Of a stretch of 64,000 bases of DNA, positions 12,001 through 19,225 are shown in pieces (within the stretch, counting starts at the first letter, position 1; each line of letters begins with the position of its first letter). The notes below the pieces were generated by a model. The model did no database searches and was not told where the DNA came from. It saw only the letters and a program-made list of their open reading frames with translations. The position numbers and the translations under genes are program-made. Source of the DNA: a virus (Duplodnaviria > Caudoviricetes); IMG/VR virus record IMGVR_UViG_3300014720_002243, positions 20,700 to 84,699 of that record; one strand, written 5' to 3'.

Positions 12001-12954
12001 ACTAGTAAAAATAGCTAAAAACTCATTAAGAGCATCTGTACCTTCACTAACACCTTTGCTAGCACTAGCAAACACACCACCGGTACGCTGAATAGCTGTA
12101 ATTAAGTCGCTGGATTCTACGGCAAAAGCAGCGGCTACTGAATTAATAGAGCTTAAGGCTTTTTCCAAGTCTCCTGTAGAAATGCTAAACTGTCTCATTA
12201 AAGCGATAGAGCCTTCTACCGTCTCATTTAAACTGTCGAATGATGGAGCAAGAGCACTTAGAGCTAAAGCCTTAAGAGCTTGTTCTGTTTCTCTAGCACT
12301 TAACCCTGCCTGTGCTAATGTGTCTGCAATCCCTATTAACTCACCAGAAGTAACACCTAGGGAAGTAGATAATCCTGTTATAGTTCTGGTCAATCCTCCT
12401 AATTGTTCGTATGAATCTCCTGTAATCTGAGTTAATCTTACTATTTGTCTATCAAACTCTATAAATTCTGCCGTGGCTTTACTAACGGCATTAACTAAGC
12501 TATAAATGGCTCCTGTTGCAAGGCTAAAGGCGGCAAAACGTCTTACTGCCAAAGCCGATTGTCTTCCGAATTCTTCTAATTCTGTTCTAGCGGCAGCGGT
12601 TTGTTGTGCTGCTCTTTGTATGTTTTGAGTTGTTTGAGCTATATTTCTAGGTAAACCGTTTAATGATCTAGAAGCAGAGTTAGCACTAGTTTGAAAAGCA
12701 TTAAGAGCATTAGCCAATTGACTAATATTGGTTGCTGTTAATCTTGATTGAGTACTAGTTGTTGTTAATACATTATTTAATCTGGTTAATGTAGTCGCTA
12801 GTTTATTTGCATTATTCGATGCTTGTGGATCTATTTTAACTGTAACAGCAGTATCTATGGTACCTAGTTGTCTACGAATGTCAGCTATAACATTCCTTAC
12901 ATTTGATGGTCCTCTTAGATTAATCTCTGCTGTTAGATTAAAACCTTTAGCCAT
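1..12954 (-). CDS. Giant tape measure protein (>4318 aa, 3'-truncated by the window) with internal enzyme cargo domains
   Basis: Starts MAKGFNLTAEINLRGPSNVRNVIADIRRQLG at 12954. No stop was found in the parts translated by hand, and the ORF track lists no terminated ORF in this frame. It has a TP901/PhageMin_Tail-like core (~11600-12500, e.g. FIEFDRQIVRL...SVRATTRESAETIATGLRTIFTRI), a glycine-zipper hydrophobic segment (~3650-3780), and lies downstream of tail tube and chaperone genes. Confidence 0.9.
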   Translation of the reverse strand, partial: MAKGFNLTAEINLRGPSNVRNVIADIRRQLGTIDTAVTVKIDPQASNNANKLATTLTRLNNVLTTTSTQSRLTATNISQLANALNAFQTSANSASRSLNGLPRNIAQTTQNIQRAAQQTAAARTELEEFGRQSALAVRRFAAFSLATGAIYSLVNAVSKATAEFIEFDRQIVRLTQITGDSYEQLGGLTRTITGLSTSLGVTSGELIGIADTLAQAGLSARETEQALKALALSALAPSFDSLNETVEGSIALMRQFSISTGDLEKALSSINSVAAAFAVESSDLITAIQRTGGVFASASKGVSEGTDALNEFLAIFTSVRATTRESAETIATGLRTIFTRIQRADTIEALKEYGVTLIDVEGKFVGAYRAVELLAQGLGRLDPRDLKFSSIVEELGGFRQIGKVLPLIQQFATSQEALKVAYAGQGSLATDAAKAQASLSIQFVKTRENFVALIRDVGNSDSFRSLVNVGLTLANTFIKVASVAKPLLPILTSIAAVKGSEALFQFGSGFLGGFARQSPGSVGQNAGQALSGARNQQNAAAAVNNTRALSTNTNALQSLTSAVQQLNSSITNNRRTGPQTINSGGVVRAFARGGVVPGVGNSDTVPAMLQPGEFVIRKKAVETIGAGNLQRMNKYGGGGSIRAGSASRRKRFAGGGRAPEPQKVINQIVRDGDSLNIQFTPKSESYNSSSRLLGIDTYELNSGPKWRRNLAAAAKQETENFYRSNQDVTEDFKEGYRRTGGGKDKYGRPFFANDQLKNTLLSKGLGYQYEGGKKESELSKDKYLELYPQNKAIVNRRNFGGLIQKFAKGGKTTTQGLLMSALKGYKGGRYDYYSLSDILKIQGLSSILDKIEKAYGVSSAKVIGSGGENVAFDIGNKILKISRTGFGIQQIAKDIGFKKKQVAEIGNYQLPKGLEHVSGYRKVQQFGKLTAALQDKVKTDDTDKGMRDAELLQGKLAERGLYWIDAHGSNMGYDKKGKPTIIDGMVLSKTYIDKHLSEDNIEDIEGDSFGPMWEWGRDVKKRKGKPRFNLGGLIQKFAVGGLAGLKQVALRRVGIIDTDVLRDPNNRDTVSAEMEKLGLTDTSAYSIELAKRAATARKSGSLLRLRAIAGAAGSGKSSLATGVGATDDASLRKTTRSQILTPQDIANVDEVLVLTSTASDSKLDAYLRDVDRAYVLSSSSAQERQQIEANKERRDATGQGLYGRKPGTTRGATTDFALDETVLREELGSRAMVLGRKDGSYGLRRKRESELPEIVQAGGFYTGGFAPPTRGHRGALNSLLARMIKQNPDASIEDIVVSVAPNLPMTEGSEGIEHSARYGIFPSDFRALLSQINFGGAMISTQDQPPGSLPKFMEVAGSGGRRRFARLKGAMAVTSGKEEGVLGKYQRAGIQVEDIPRIEDISATKVRDALFKGDDALLQEYLDPSIASILMGNRTQLRNRSMMVPMLLEKIKEVVEVEKANSNAEVQRLLESAPGGPYKNVSAKLRENAPEVAEQVRQIRSQRDMMARGAFGYRAYNVIQALSSQYPEMYALDPNRTASVSAAAQDIDRDIMMGQVTESMRDSFPSIGSAETLSPIQESILARVQKETASRGSGLLPASNQEVLKALGNSVIPNEDRFGKFAGRSLYDHLKLGKKVKTNLPYWFSDYKTFMRRPGEITGLTEEDVSTYAATRDYVIDLFNKQKSGSQQSLLESTAQQIAQTQMLAIVGLRGKNGLQGPLTWNLGNNTAGEPVSVSATIMERVLPAKYKAVADYISEQTGSIVQTAAGMMGEPGSLKSLDLKKREVLNQGNIEGGIFEQLLATLGADVLDDAVRTRAIDFPSGIGEVAGKVFGIDANIPTEAKRTIDSTSRAKAMEEFQRYFRGVYGVPEPEGDLVQQFAKGGKVDDLLVKYKDIIKSIMPAEYIADDGFLVGTNVDINRNNSMFLKALKFMIPNANFGYTKGTNYSVLINSLRKNKSKFTESEYSELEKFAIEKLSQTKNSITLGPGAESLLPHEAFHTIQGFLALNHPQIFDNLLQQSLANKDRYLEIYTKSKLSKSLLGTYQPEKMFTDPKTGSSSFRGLTTILPEKYKSSETIKSLDKEISSTLGANEIIPSLLDMIVLEKNTAAQKLLSDIFYSSGLNANFASTMPQGYFWGGKVDPLAKKYGLSQSEFEEQKKIAKFMGLSDKDFEEKLRLFASQKKRVKGAKFAALDAVADSSVANQRVTAEQQALSEFLQATKFADGGTATLDKPSKNYGKISITEDGNTISAGYLKSNDDRSGYVNAYKMRDYLYYVGLSKATSGYGPRLYDVVMEAATEKGAMLTSDRSSVSGDAKRVWEYYFKNRGDVKKTPLKPDDWTRNQADIDPKLYGREETWPPANDPAWILQSGYSKSPSLINDPSAVIKTNRKQDSRAMALQYFQRAAMGGSIRRFANGGSPEDTVPALLTPGEFVINKKAAQSIGYGKLNRLNQADKLQGYNKGGPVGGIQRFNVGGNVASEAQLNEIIAATWEVFQKMPEGIKNIIEKSLDSASISLNTGDTFDDINLKLRQQLVFAQKNIDNLGPEVVEGIRKILGAGIRKLDVIELDTIRSSSSYKGPGKEYYEDVEKARAGRKVFESGASDAKDVMQAMARSVGGVGSEIYPKPVVKPEDYYSRLDYSDIGPSRGVNDRGQLYAKALAGEDPIKVNALIEKLRKEMEDAARAAGIAISKWGKSESWAAWDIGKQLHMEKNPRESSDRYRLANPLNDAQLQKEIVQRHLAWEATGGRNATTGERLSSADLKDLGARIMEQIEATKAQTDATKAQTDANTQTTFPFMAPPTPSGPTGPGGQRTFAFMSGSGAPNPYSATLPSGIDYNPVSRRIRRNTRENDPNIQERYQRFSSSVFNRSIEQLSTRANIFGGALATAIETTSRFAGSTTVAGKTLSGLAFSVGSVTGSFYQAAQAIRAIGNFADSRFGQRILGQFAQSINTVSLNRFFNQQIRGIFGSSTVGGIATAFGAGTAAAVALTQTFIDYSNALKESRIEEAQKQQERALTKSAEALEKYSKVQDRATLELANTFATSAGIAAINEANARSAGDRRFGMATGTSLGAGAIAGGAIGTFIAPGLGTAIGAAIGGTVAAAIAQSLGADRTSGTTAEESSLLLGRSRSSILEVFNQRFTTGETSEDIMRRPEWNAQRQVLARSNAEVEAIIRGIQSDATLTEDVKKARIEEALQIEASAQLRQQEQIWLRQKGLIDLDNATKAYTRSLKNMFANMDEAINRSSVALENFNTSVELAEASVKGQARIGVFKSETSNIIRNPRASTNEERAQAASVAGSFFGSESGTIRELINIGPKIESAVLASIQAAQTLPGSTTDEAIAAAIRKSVRAELTESSLPQDLSDKLGQQIAIELEKRRKSGDDKVDFRDLEEAIPQLKDSIDALKGAQDIAIKALEDYAQKVGILVDKTNTSVELLVQAGDLLRKASEIRFNSASQLSRTFGSSIDVNAIQSFRDTTIRNQTGGPASPEGILDNINRLENRRAFQQNQLQSAQDRGRSGARDVLGFTDQLSRTTRSLRDNQKALEDLAANSEQASAALEKISEVQAKTQAGQNIIERYLTSTREDNFKLSSAFERLDNNMRGMVNDPFASRNVFEAMRDSDNPVLAADQAIAQDRRDTLEAFNMLAPFLGDTREQNTIKANVLETMLQEAGIGMTPMFNEVIKSLRNPENNSEMSQLVEQYKEGIKIQSKANELLAELNTNFAQNLKQSSEEAFKNAITDTLVKFEEAQVSHLQKIEEILSKQTPAAGLSSGGVVYRNIGGSIFQPKGTDTVPAMLTPGEFVVNKSATQKYGSVLNAINTNTYARGGKVKYYATGGYVSSLLKNETGFTSASSEAETKNFGLSSDFYQNPPDAAGKRNKNFSKNRHFDPGQLTETLRDANTVRLMKLTNNPSIIPLGLNAVGPDAFPLGATSSENYKTFENFINDGVSATSVGIGFYPRYKMALNGTVLADNAPNNVQVSQLGPAIPEALFKNIGTIKERFLEEREAAEALRLKPVIDSVLQNLDLNTYQIYNQQKYTEALSSQLPIWYKEGKSVIDFGGGIDNAIFTKAKADLNKLEYTKGFGEKALFLVPGTSDPVVNQKISALNRSGMPVGFDVNNLQITTGDPGLPIYGAGGFTVDIASRSSRSGQKNLSVLPPSKIYRTSRDSISENLEFLQLIRSDFEDLEKDSFGPETIYSNQYALYQNALSDISKGLIEKAKFNRDILDQDEVANLSSVKGDRIDLSKLTDLYVWSKRSFDASKIKTNPRFKNATNIGSDFPIKNIDTNNIENFVWSLSDSITGSDFLNSVKPFLDPKQYL

Positions 12955-12980
12955 ATATTATGTCCTTTGAGTATTCAAAA

Positions 12981-13020
12981 ATAAAAACACCAACAAGTCG
13001 TAAAACCTGCTGGTGCTTTT
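12981..13020 (-). terminator. Putative intrinsic terminator between the chaperone-like gene and the tape measure gene
   Basis: Minus strand GCACCAGCAGG-loop-CTTGTTGGTGT followed by a T-rich tract. Confidence 0.5.
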
Positions 13021-13050
13021 AAAAAACAAAAAAAGTGAAGTAAACTAAAA

Positions 13051-13947
13051 TCAGCTATTTTCTGAAACAGTTGGTTCAACAGGTTCCTTGACTGGTTCCT
13101 GTGCCACAACTGGTTTGGGTGTTTCTGTTTTTGTATTTCCATTATTATTTTCATCTACAATAACTGGGTTACCATCATCATCTAGGAATGGAGCGGTTTC
13201 TACTATATAGGAACCTTCTTCATCTACTCTATTACCAAACTTATCAACAAAATTACCTTGTTCATCAATAAATCGACCATTCTCATCAACTAGCCTACCT
13301 TCTGCATCAATCAAACGGCCTTGTTTATCAATTAGTCTTAGTTTATCATCAACAAACTTAAATTTCTTTAAGAATTTGTTTTCTGGTAAACCAGACTCAT
13401 AATCGTTATCCAAACCATACAACATTGAAGCCAAATTTTGAGCACCCTTTATCGCAGCATCTTCTCCTATCCTATTAAGATAGTCTTCCATATCTTTAAA
13501 ATATGGCTGTTTGCTATCATTATACACCAAACAGCTTGATACGAGATAGTTAAACCTAGCATTATCAGCCTGTCCTTCAGCACTATGATTATCTAGAGAT
13601 GTCTTAACAGAGATAAGCTCTCTAATTTCATCTCTATTCTTTTTCATATCCATCGCTAACTGTTTGGCCTCTTTAAGACTAAAGCCACCCTTGGCTAATC
13701 TTCTTTCTCCGTCCAAAATCTGTTGTTGCAGGGTATTGAACTTGACCTGTTTTTCATCATTCCATAAACCCTGATCCTGTAATAGATCATCTAATTTAGC
13801 TCTTACTACTGCTTTGCTTTTAACCGCATCTGTAAAAGCTTGATTATAAACCTTCTGAGCCTCTCTCTGGTCGTGGATAGAGGGCGAACGAACCATCAAA
13901 TCAACCTTCTGTTCATTAACCATAGCTGTAAAAGTTTTAGTCTTCAT
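13051..13947 (-). CDS. Putative tail assembly chaperone with C-terminal D-x-x-G-(R/N)-(L/F)-(I/V) repeats
   Basis: 298-aa ORF directly upstream of the tape measure gene; tandem 7-aa repeats (DKQGRLI-DAEGRLV-DENGRFI-DEQGNFV). Confidence 0.5.
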   Translation of the reverse strand: MKTKTFTAMVNEQKVDLMVRSPSIHDQREAQKVYNQAFTDAVKSKAVVRAKLDDLLQDQGLWNDEKQVKFNTLQQQILDGERRLAKGGFSLKEAKQLAMDMKKNRDEIRELISVKTSLDNHSAEGQADNARFNYLVSSCLVYNDSKQPYFKDMEDYLNRIGEDAAIKGAQNLASMLYGLDNDYESGLPENKFLKKFKFVDDKLRLIDKQGRLIDAEGRLVDENGRFIDEQGNFVDKFGNRVDEEGSYIVETAPFLDDDGNPVIVDENNNGNTKTETPKPVVAQEPVKEPVEPTVSENS

Positions 13948-14267
13948 ACTTCATCGTCCTTTCTGTTTTTATCATTAAAATAGAATTTGTAGTTGTATCT
14001 CGTAAAAGGTTTATCTTGAGCTATTTTTCGAATATCATCTATAACAGCTCTAATTTGATTATTTCCATGATTTAATATACCAGTTCTAGTATACTCCCAA
14101 GTATCTTGAAACTTTTCTTGACTTGCCGTAAGAGGCTTATCGTAGTCTTCATCATAACCCCATAGGGTGCCGAACGAACTCTCGAATCTTGCCAAACAGC
14201 CTATCATAGTGGTTTCTAGTCTTTTTGATACTAAATTTATAATAAGATCTTGTTCTTCTTTTGTCAT
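13944..14267 (-). CDS. Hypothetical tail-region protein
   Basis: 107-aa ORF overlapping the next gene by 4 bp. Confidence 0.6.
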   Translation of the reverse strand: MTKEEQDLIINLVSKRLETTMIGCLARFESSFGTLWGYDEDYDKPLTASQEKFQDTWEYTRTGILNHGNNQIRAVIDDIRKIAQDKPFTRYNYKFYFNDKNRKDDEV

Positions 14268-14278
14268 ATATTAATCCT

Positions 14279-15322
14279 TTATTTAGGAGGTGGTCCTTGA
14301 TTTAATTTCATTTTAACTTCTCTCTGAACGTCTGGTAATTGGAATTCATCAATAGCTTTATCAGAAGATAAAACAACTTTTTGTCTTTCTTGCAAGGTTT
14401 GTCTAGAGTTTTGGGAATTTAGGTCAAAAATCTCTTGAGCTTCTTGATTATCAGTAGCCATTACAAATACTTCCGCAGCATTATTAGCTTTTCCACTTTT
14501 ACTAGATAATGTTTGACTCTTCTTTTCTTTTTCTCTCTTTCTCTTCTGTGAGATCATCCACCCATCCAGAGCATCATCATCCTCTATAATATCATCATTG
14601 GGACAATCTGGGTGTTCATATACAGAATCATACATCCTGCTTAAATTAATTAATACCCTTTGCTCATCGGTATAATCGCTAGAATCTGAACCAAATACAT
14701 TAGTTTTTCCACTAGCATTCCAGTACGACTTCCATATCTCTGATTTAACTAATGATTTTAAAGAATCTATACCAGGAATATTTTTAGCTATTTCATTGGC
14801 GCAATCATTCAAAAAATCTGATTCATTCTTTTTGTTTTTATTAAATACTTTGTGAGTATTAGTACTGTTATATAAACAATTCATAATAATATATTCATTA
14901 CGAATTCTAGACGCATATGCTTCTATAGTATGCTGATCTATAGAATGTTTTATATTAGATAGATTACTTGTTTGTTTTCTTATGTTTTTAATTTTATTAC
15001 GATAATCTTGTTTTTTTTTGCTAAACATAAAGTTTTCAAATAATAATACTTTGAGATCGTCTAATTGTTTATCCAATTCCTTGAGAGTGTTCTCATGGTT
15101 ATTGCTCCAAAGTCCATTTTCCATAAGAACAAATTTGGTTTTATCTAAAGTTAACCATCCATCATATATATGATCTTGGATAGTCTCTTCATATAATAAA
15201 TCTGCTTTATAATTTATTTCTTTAGAAGCTTTTCTATAGATATATTTTTTGTTGTTAATTCTAACTAACATAGAACCAAAAACAATCCTGGATAGCAGAA
15301 TATCGTTGCTAGTCCTCATCAT
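14279..15322 (-). CDS. Hypothetical tail-region protein (possible assembly chaperone)
   Basis: 347-aa ORF in the operon after the tail tube gene. Confidence 0.55.
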   Translation of the reverse strand: MMRTSNDILLSRIVFGSMLVRINNKKYIYRKASKEINYKADLLYEETIQDHIYDGWLTLDKTKFVLMENGLWSNNHENTLKELDKQLDDLKVLLFENFMFSKKKQDYRNKIKNIRKQTSNLSNIKHSIDQHTIEAYASRIRNEYIIMNCLYNSTNTHKVFNKNKKNESDFLNDCANEIAKNIPGIDSLKSLVKSEIWKSYWNASGKTNVFGSDSSDYTDEQRVLINLSRMYDSVYEHPDCPNDDIIEDDDALDGWMISQKRKREKEKKSQTLSSKSGKANNAAEVFVMATDNQEAQEIFDLNSQNSRQTLQERQKVVLSSDKAIDEFQLPDVQREVKMKLNQGPPPK

Positions 15323-15336
15323 TTAAAGAAAATCCT

Positions 15337-15480
15337 CTAATTCTTATTAGAAAGCTGCTCCTCCAATTCCTGTATTCTTGCGTCTTTATCCTTTAATTGC
15401 TGTTGAAAATTAGATATGATTCCTTGCATCTGAACCATGTCTGTATATAGCTTTCCTATAATTGTAAATAGCTCCTCCAT
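15337..15480 (-). CDS. Small coiled-coil protein (47 aa)
   Basis: MEELFTIIGKLYTDMVQMQGIISNFQQQLKDKDARIQELEEQLSNKN preceded by an AGGAGG RBS; below the ORF-track cutoff. Confidence 0.6.
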   Translation of the reverse strand: MEELFTIIGKLYTDMVQMQGIISNFQQQLKDKDARIQELEEQLSNKN

Positions 15481-15513
15481 CTGTCCTCCTGTTTATTCTT
15501 TTAACTAATTATA

Positions 15514-16524
15514 TCAACCCCAATTAACCTTAAAGTCATTGTAATTACGATAACTATATGTAATTGTAGCATTTCCACCACCAGTGTCACCACCACTGTA
15601 GTTTACTGATGTTAGCTTATTCTGTGTGCCAAGGTCGATTGTTACTACTTTTCTGCCGCTAATAACATTTTCTGAGTTACCATCAGCATCTACACCAGCT
15701 GGTAGAGCACAAACTACTAGTACGATAGTTTCGTTGCTAAGATTGCTTGTGGCACCTTGTTGGCAACCACTATCAACCATGTCTGCTGCAACACCGTCGC
15801 TATTCTGGGCTAGAACCTGGAACTCTGATGTTACTTCTACGGGGAAAGTAGCATAACGATGATAAGGTGTTCTTTGACCTAGAACGAAAATACTTTCGCG
15901 GCCCAAACTAACACTAGCACTAGCACTATTTAGCACAGCACTATTGCTTTGATTAACACTAGCTGGTATTGTCGAAGCGTCTTTATTGAAAGCCCATCTT
16001 TGAGCTACAGGAGCAATACCAGTTGATGTTGTTACTGCTGATCCGGACCATTCTTTATGGTTACCTACTAGAGTTAGTTCTTCTGTAAAATTACCGTCAT
16101 TAGTTAGATTATAACTGATACTAGAAACATACATACCTGTGCATTTTACTGTGGCCTGTGCTGTTCCTGTGGCAGCAATATTTGTATCAGCAAAAATGCT
16201 TAACTGTAGTGTGGCTCTAGCGTTCTGTAGTTCTGCTAAACTCTTGTTGGCAGCACTGGCTCCGCCACATGCTTGTAAATAAACTGGCATACGACCATCA
16301 ATAATCTTACTTAGAGTAACTTCTACTTCTGGTACTCCTTCGGTAATATAATAGCTGGCCAATTGCCCCAACTGATAAGTGGGATCAAGAGCAAAAGTTG
16401 TATTAATACCTACACTTTGCAAACCGCCCGCCTCTGTAACCGAGGGATTAGCGCTTCCGTTAATATTACCACCTAGGGCGACGTTTTGTACAGCGTAGTA
16501 AATTCTTTTATTCTGATTTGCCAT
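15514..16524 (-). CDS. Putative major tail tube protein
   Basis: Beta-rich, S/T/G-rich protein located between neck genes and chaperones; likely start MANQNKR at 16524. Confidence 0.65.
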   Translation of the reverse strand: MANQNKRIYYAVQNVALGGNINGSANPSVTEAGGLQSVGINTTFALDPTYQLGQLASYYITEGVPEVEVTLSKIIDGRMPVYLQACGGASAANKSLAELQNARATLQLSIFADTNIAATGTAQATVKCTGMYVSSISYNLTNDGNFTEELTLVGNHKEWSGSAVTTSTGIAPVAQRWAFNKDASTIPASVNQSNSAVLNSASASVSLGRESIFVLGQRTPYHRYATFPVEVTSEFQVLAQNSDGVAADMVDSGCQQGATSNLSNETIVLVVCALPAGVDADGNSENVISGRKVVTIDLGTQNKLTSVNYSGGDTGGGNATITYSYRNYNDFKVNWG

Positions 16525-16611
16525 TTTTAAACCCTTTGTTATTTGTTGGATCGTTGACAGGAAGGAATGAAATGCATCTTCAGCATAAGTATACACCAAA
16601 AAAATTAAAAG

Positions 16612-17571
16612 CTATAATACTGTTTTGATTGTAACTCTGGTAGCATTATAGTATAAATCGCTTTGTAGTGTTTCATTATCTATACTCTTAATATCTTCAA
16701 AACTAGAGTATTTCCAAAAATAAGCCGAATTATTAAGTAGATTTAAATAATTGATTCTATTGGAATTTAGTGATCCATTACTATTTAGTTCATAAACTTT
16801 GTCTTTGACCACTTTTTTAAGATCATATAATAATAATGTTCTATCTTTTTGTAGTTTAATAATATCTACAATATTTTGTTTATCTATAGCATTTTCTGTA
16901 AAAACATGCAACATTATATCTTGAGAAGCCAAAAAAACGGTCGAACCCAATTGATAAGGTTTGTAACTATTTCCTGGTATAACTTGCACTATTACGCAAG
17001 GCATTTGAGCGTTGGGTTTGCTTTTTAAATTTTTAGTATCTTCTGATCTTAAAAATGTGTACCTCTGTAGATCTTTTAAGTTAGACAAATTATCTGTAGC
17101 TTTATAGGTTTGAATAGCTTTGTAGGAATAATCCATTTGCACAGATGTATTGGCCGGTAATCCGCTAGTAAAAATAACTCTACCAAAATTATAATCTAAA
17201 GTATAAGAATACTGCGAGTTACCTGTTGGTCCAGGGATAAAAGTGCTATTGACATAAACTCCACTAATTTGTATTGGTGATATTCCTTTGTACTGGATAC
17301 CACTTGTCGATACCCATTGCCTCTTAGGCGTTTCCCAGATCCTTCCTGAAGACTCTATTAAAAATTGGGGATCAGACTGAAGCTTTAAATTATGAAAACC
17401 AATAGCGTTATTAATATTTTGTGTTGGCCTATTAATATTGATAAATCCACCTATATTTAGAAAACCCCAATCTAGAAAGCTCTTAAGGTTATCCTCTAGT
17501 TGAGTTTCTAAATAATAAGAATTAAAGTCTTCAACATTTTGAAAACCAGGATTATAATTACAATTAGTCAT
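16612..17571 (-). CDS. Putative tail completion/terminator protein
   Basis: 319 aa; position in the neck/tail cluster; C-terminal P-x-V-I-V motif and beta-strand pattern. Confidence 0.45.
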   Translation of the reverse strand: MTNCNYNPGFQNVEDFNSYYLETQLEDNLKSFLDWGFLNIGGFININRPTQNINNAIGFHNLKLQSDPQFLIESSGRIWETPKRQWVSTSGIQYKGISPIQISGVYVNSTFIPGPTGNSQYSYTLDYNFGRVIFTSGLPANTSVQMDYSYKAIQTYKATDNLSNLKDLQRYTFLRSEDTKNLKSKPNAQMPCVIVQVIPGNSYKPYQLGSTVFLASQDIMLHVFTENAIDKQNIVDIIKLQKDRTLLLYDLKKVVKDKVYELNSNGSLNSNRINYLNLLNNSAYFWKYSSFEDIKSIDNETLQSDLYYNATRVTIKTVL

Positions 17572-18206
17572 TATATATTACTTTCTATGGTTTCTTGAAA
17601 AATTTTACTTATTTGATCATCTAATTGATCTATGGCTCTTGTGATCCAGTTGTCTCTTTCTGTTCCTGCGAACTCTGGAGGAACTCTCCAAGAACTACTG
17701 GTGCTAGTTCTCATTATTGCTTCACCTGTTCTAGAGAAAGTACTACTTCCAACAACCACAACGTGGTCTTTTACTAAAATCTTACCACCTTCTAATAATA
17801 ACCAATTTAACCAAGGCAAAGAATATCCTCTTATTTTATCTTCTACTTGAGCTGCTGATGTTCCTAGAACATCTGAAAAATCACTTTTTATACAATTTAT
17901 ACTAAATCCTCCATATAACCCCATGTTTGTAACCTTAAACTGTTTAATCTCTACATTTATATTAGTAGTCCATACGTTTAATAATTCTTCTATCTTTGAT
18001 GCTGCATCTGGTATACCAAGTTCTGCCCTTAGCTGACCAGAAACTAAAGAGGAATACTCTGGACTATTTTTAATAGCATCAATAATTAAGTTTTGTATTT
18101 TATCTTTAATCTGAGGTATAGACTTATTAAAAGTATCTCTTACATCTTCCAATAATGCGTTAAGCATCATTTGTCTAATCGTACTATCGTTTTCTATAAT
18201 TCTCAT
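17571..18206 (-). CDS. Putative neck/tail-component protein
   Basis: 211 aa; gene order; WLLLEGG...NWITRAI pattern reminiscent of HK97 gp10-like proteins. Confidence 0.4.
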   Translation of the reverse strand: MRIIENDSTIRQMMLNALLEDVRDTFNKSIPQIKDKIQNLIIDAIKNSPEYSSLVSGQLRAELGIPDAASKIEELLNVWTTNINVEIKQFKVTNMGLYGGFSINCIKSDFSDVLGTSAAQVEDKIRGYSLPWLNWLLLEGGKILVKDHVVVVGSSTFSRTGEAIMRTSTSSSWRVPPEFAGTERDNWITRAIDQLDDQISKIFQETIESNI

Positions 18207-18712
18207 TTACGTTTCCACATCATAAAAATATAGTCACTATTGCCTAATCCAGCAAATCTAGTATGTTCAAATTTAGTATATCTTTCTATAGTATTATTAT
18301 TAAAATATATTTCTTTAGCATTTAATAGTTTAGGTAATAGATTTGAACGACAAATTGTTTGTACCATATTGTCAGCAACATTAATTATGTTATTGTCTGT
18401 ATTGGTCCAGTATTTACTATCAAATATAACAGCCATATATATTGTTTCTGTGGATTTTACAGTAATAAATCCTATGCCTAGACATACTGGACACACAGAA
18501 TTTTCTGGAAAAGGATTTGGTCCTGTACTGTTGTATAAACTAGAAGATTTTTGAGCAACCGGATCGTACACGCAATTATTACATAGTTCATTCTTCACAT
18601 CATACATTAGTGTAACAGGTAGAGTGAGACCCTCTTGCGAGAGCATGGAGTCTATACCTGATGCGTATATGCTTTTGAGTTCCGCATACGGAATATTAAA
18701 ACCTTCACTCAT
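18203..18712 (-). CDS. Putative head-closure protein with CxxC...CxxC zinc ribbon
   Basis: CNNC and CPVCLGIG motifs; position in the head-tail joining cluster. Confidence 0.45.
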   Translation of the reverse strand: MSEGFNIPYAELKSIYASGIDSMLSQEGLTLPVTLMYDVKNELCNNCVYDPVAQKSSSLYNSTGPNPFPENSVCPVCLGIGFITVKSTETIYMAVIFDSKYWTNTDNNIINVADNMVQTICRSNLLPKLLNAKEIYFNNNTIERYTKFEHTRFAGLGNSDYIFMMWKRK

Positions 18713-18716
18713 TGCT

Positions 18717-19223
18717 TTATACTCCTAATCCTACGGAAATAACTCTCCATTTTTGTGCTGTCTGATCATATATCAAATTAATTGAATTGTTAGGATTAAG
18801 GGTAATATTTTGACTACTATTAGTTAGAATTCTTTGATCTGTACTTATAGATGTATCATTATGTTTTATAACTATATTATTTGATCCTATATTAGTTAAT
18901 ATTCTAAGCTCTCCCTCTGTTCCGGCTCCTATACCTATAATATTATTTGTTGAGCTTGATGATAATTTTATCCATGTCGCATTTATAACTGGTATGCTGT
19001 TGTTCTCAATATCTAAAGATAAAGAAGACGAGGCGAATACTGTTCTTGGAAAGAATGGTGCCGCTCTACCTCTAGGTCCTCTTGGTCCCGGAGGCCCTGG
19101 CGGACCTTCTGGCCCAGTTTTTCCCTCTGGACCAACCAAAGCCTGAATAATAGTATTAGTATAATTATTATCAGATATATTTAATATCTCTGTTTCATTC
19201 ACAAATATAGTTTGTTCTGCCAT
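18717..19223 (-). CDS. Structural protein with short collagen-like repeat
   Basis: GPEGKTGPEGPPGPPGPRGPRGR Gly-X-Y run. Confidence 0.6.
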   Translation of the reverse strand: MAEQTIFVNETEILNISDNNYTNTIIQALVGPEGKTGPEGPPGPPGPRGPRGRAAPFFPRTVFASSSLSLDIENNSIPVINATWIKLSSSSTNNIIGIGAGTEGELRILTNIGSNNIVIKHNDTSISTDQRILTNSSQNITLNPNNSINLIYDQTAQKWRVISVGLGV

Positions 19224-19225
19224 AT

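Noticed and set aside
2477-12430. Short ORFs listed by the track within 1-12954
   Set aside because: They are antisense or alternate-frame shadows of the giant tape measure ORF.
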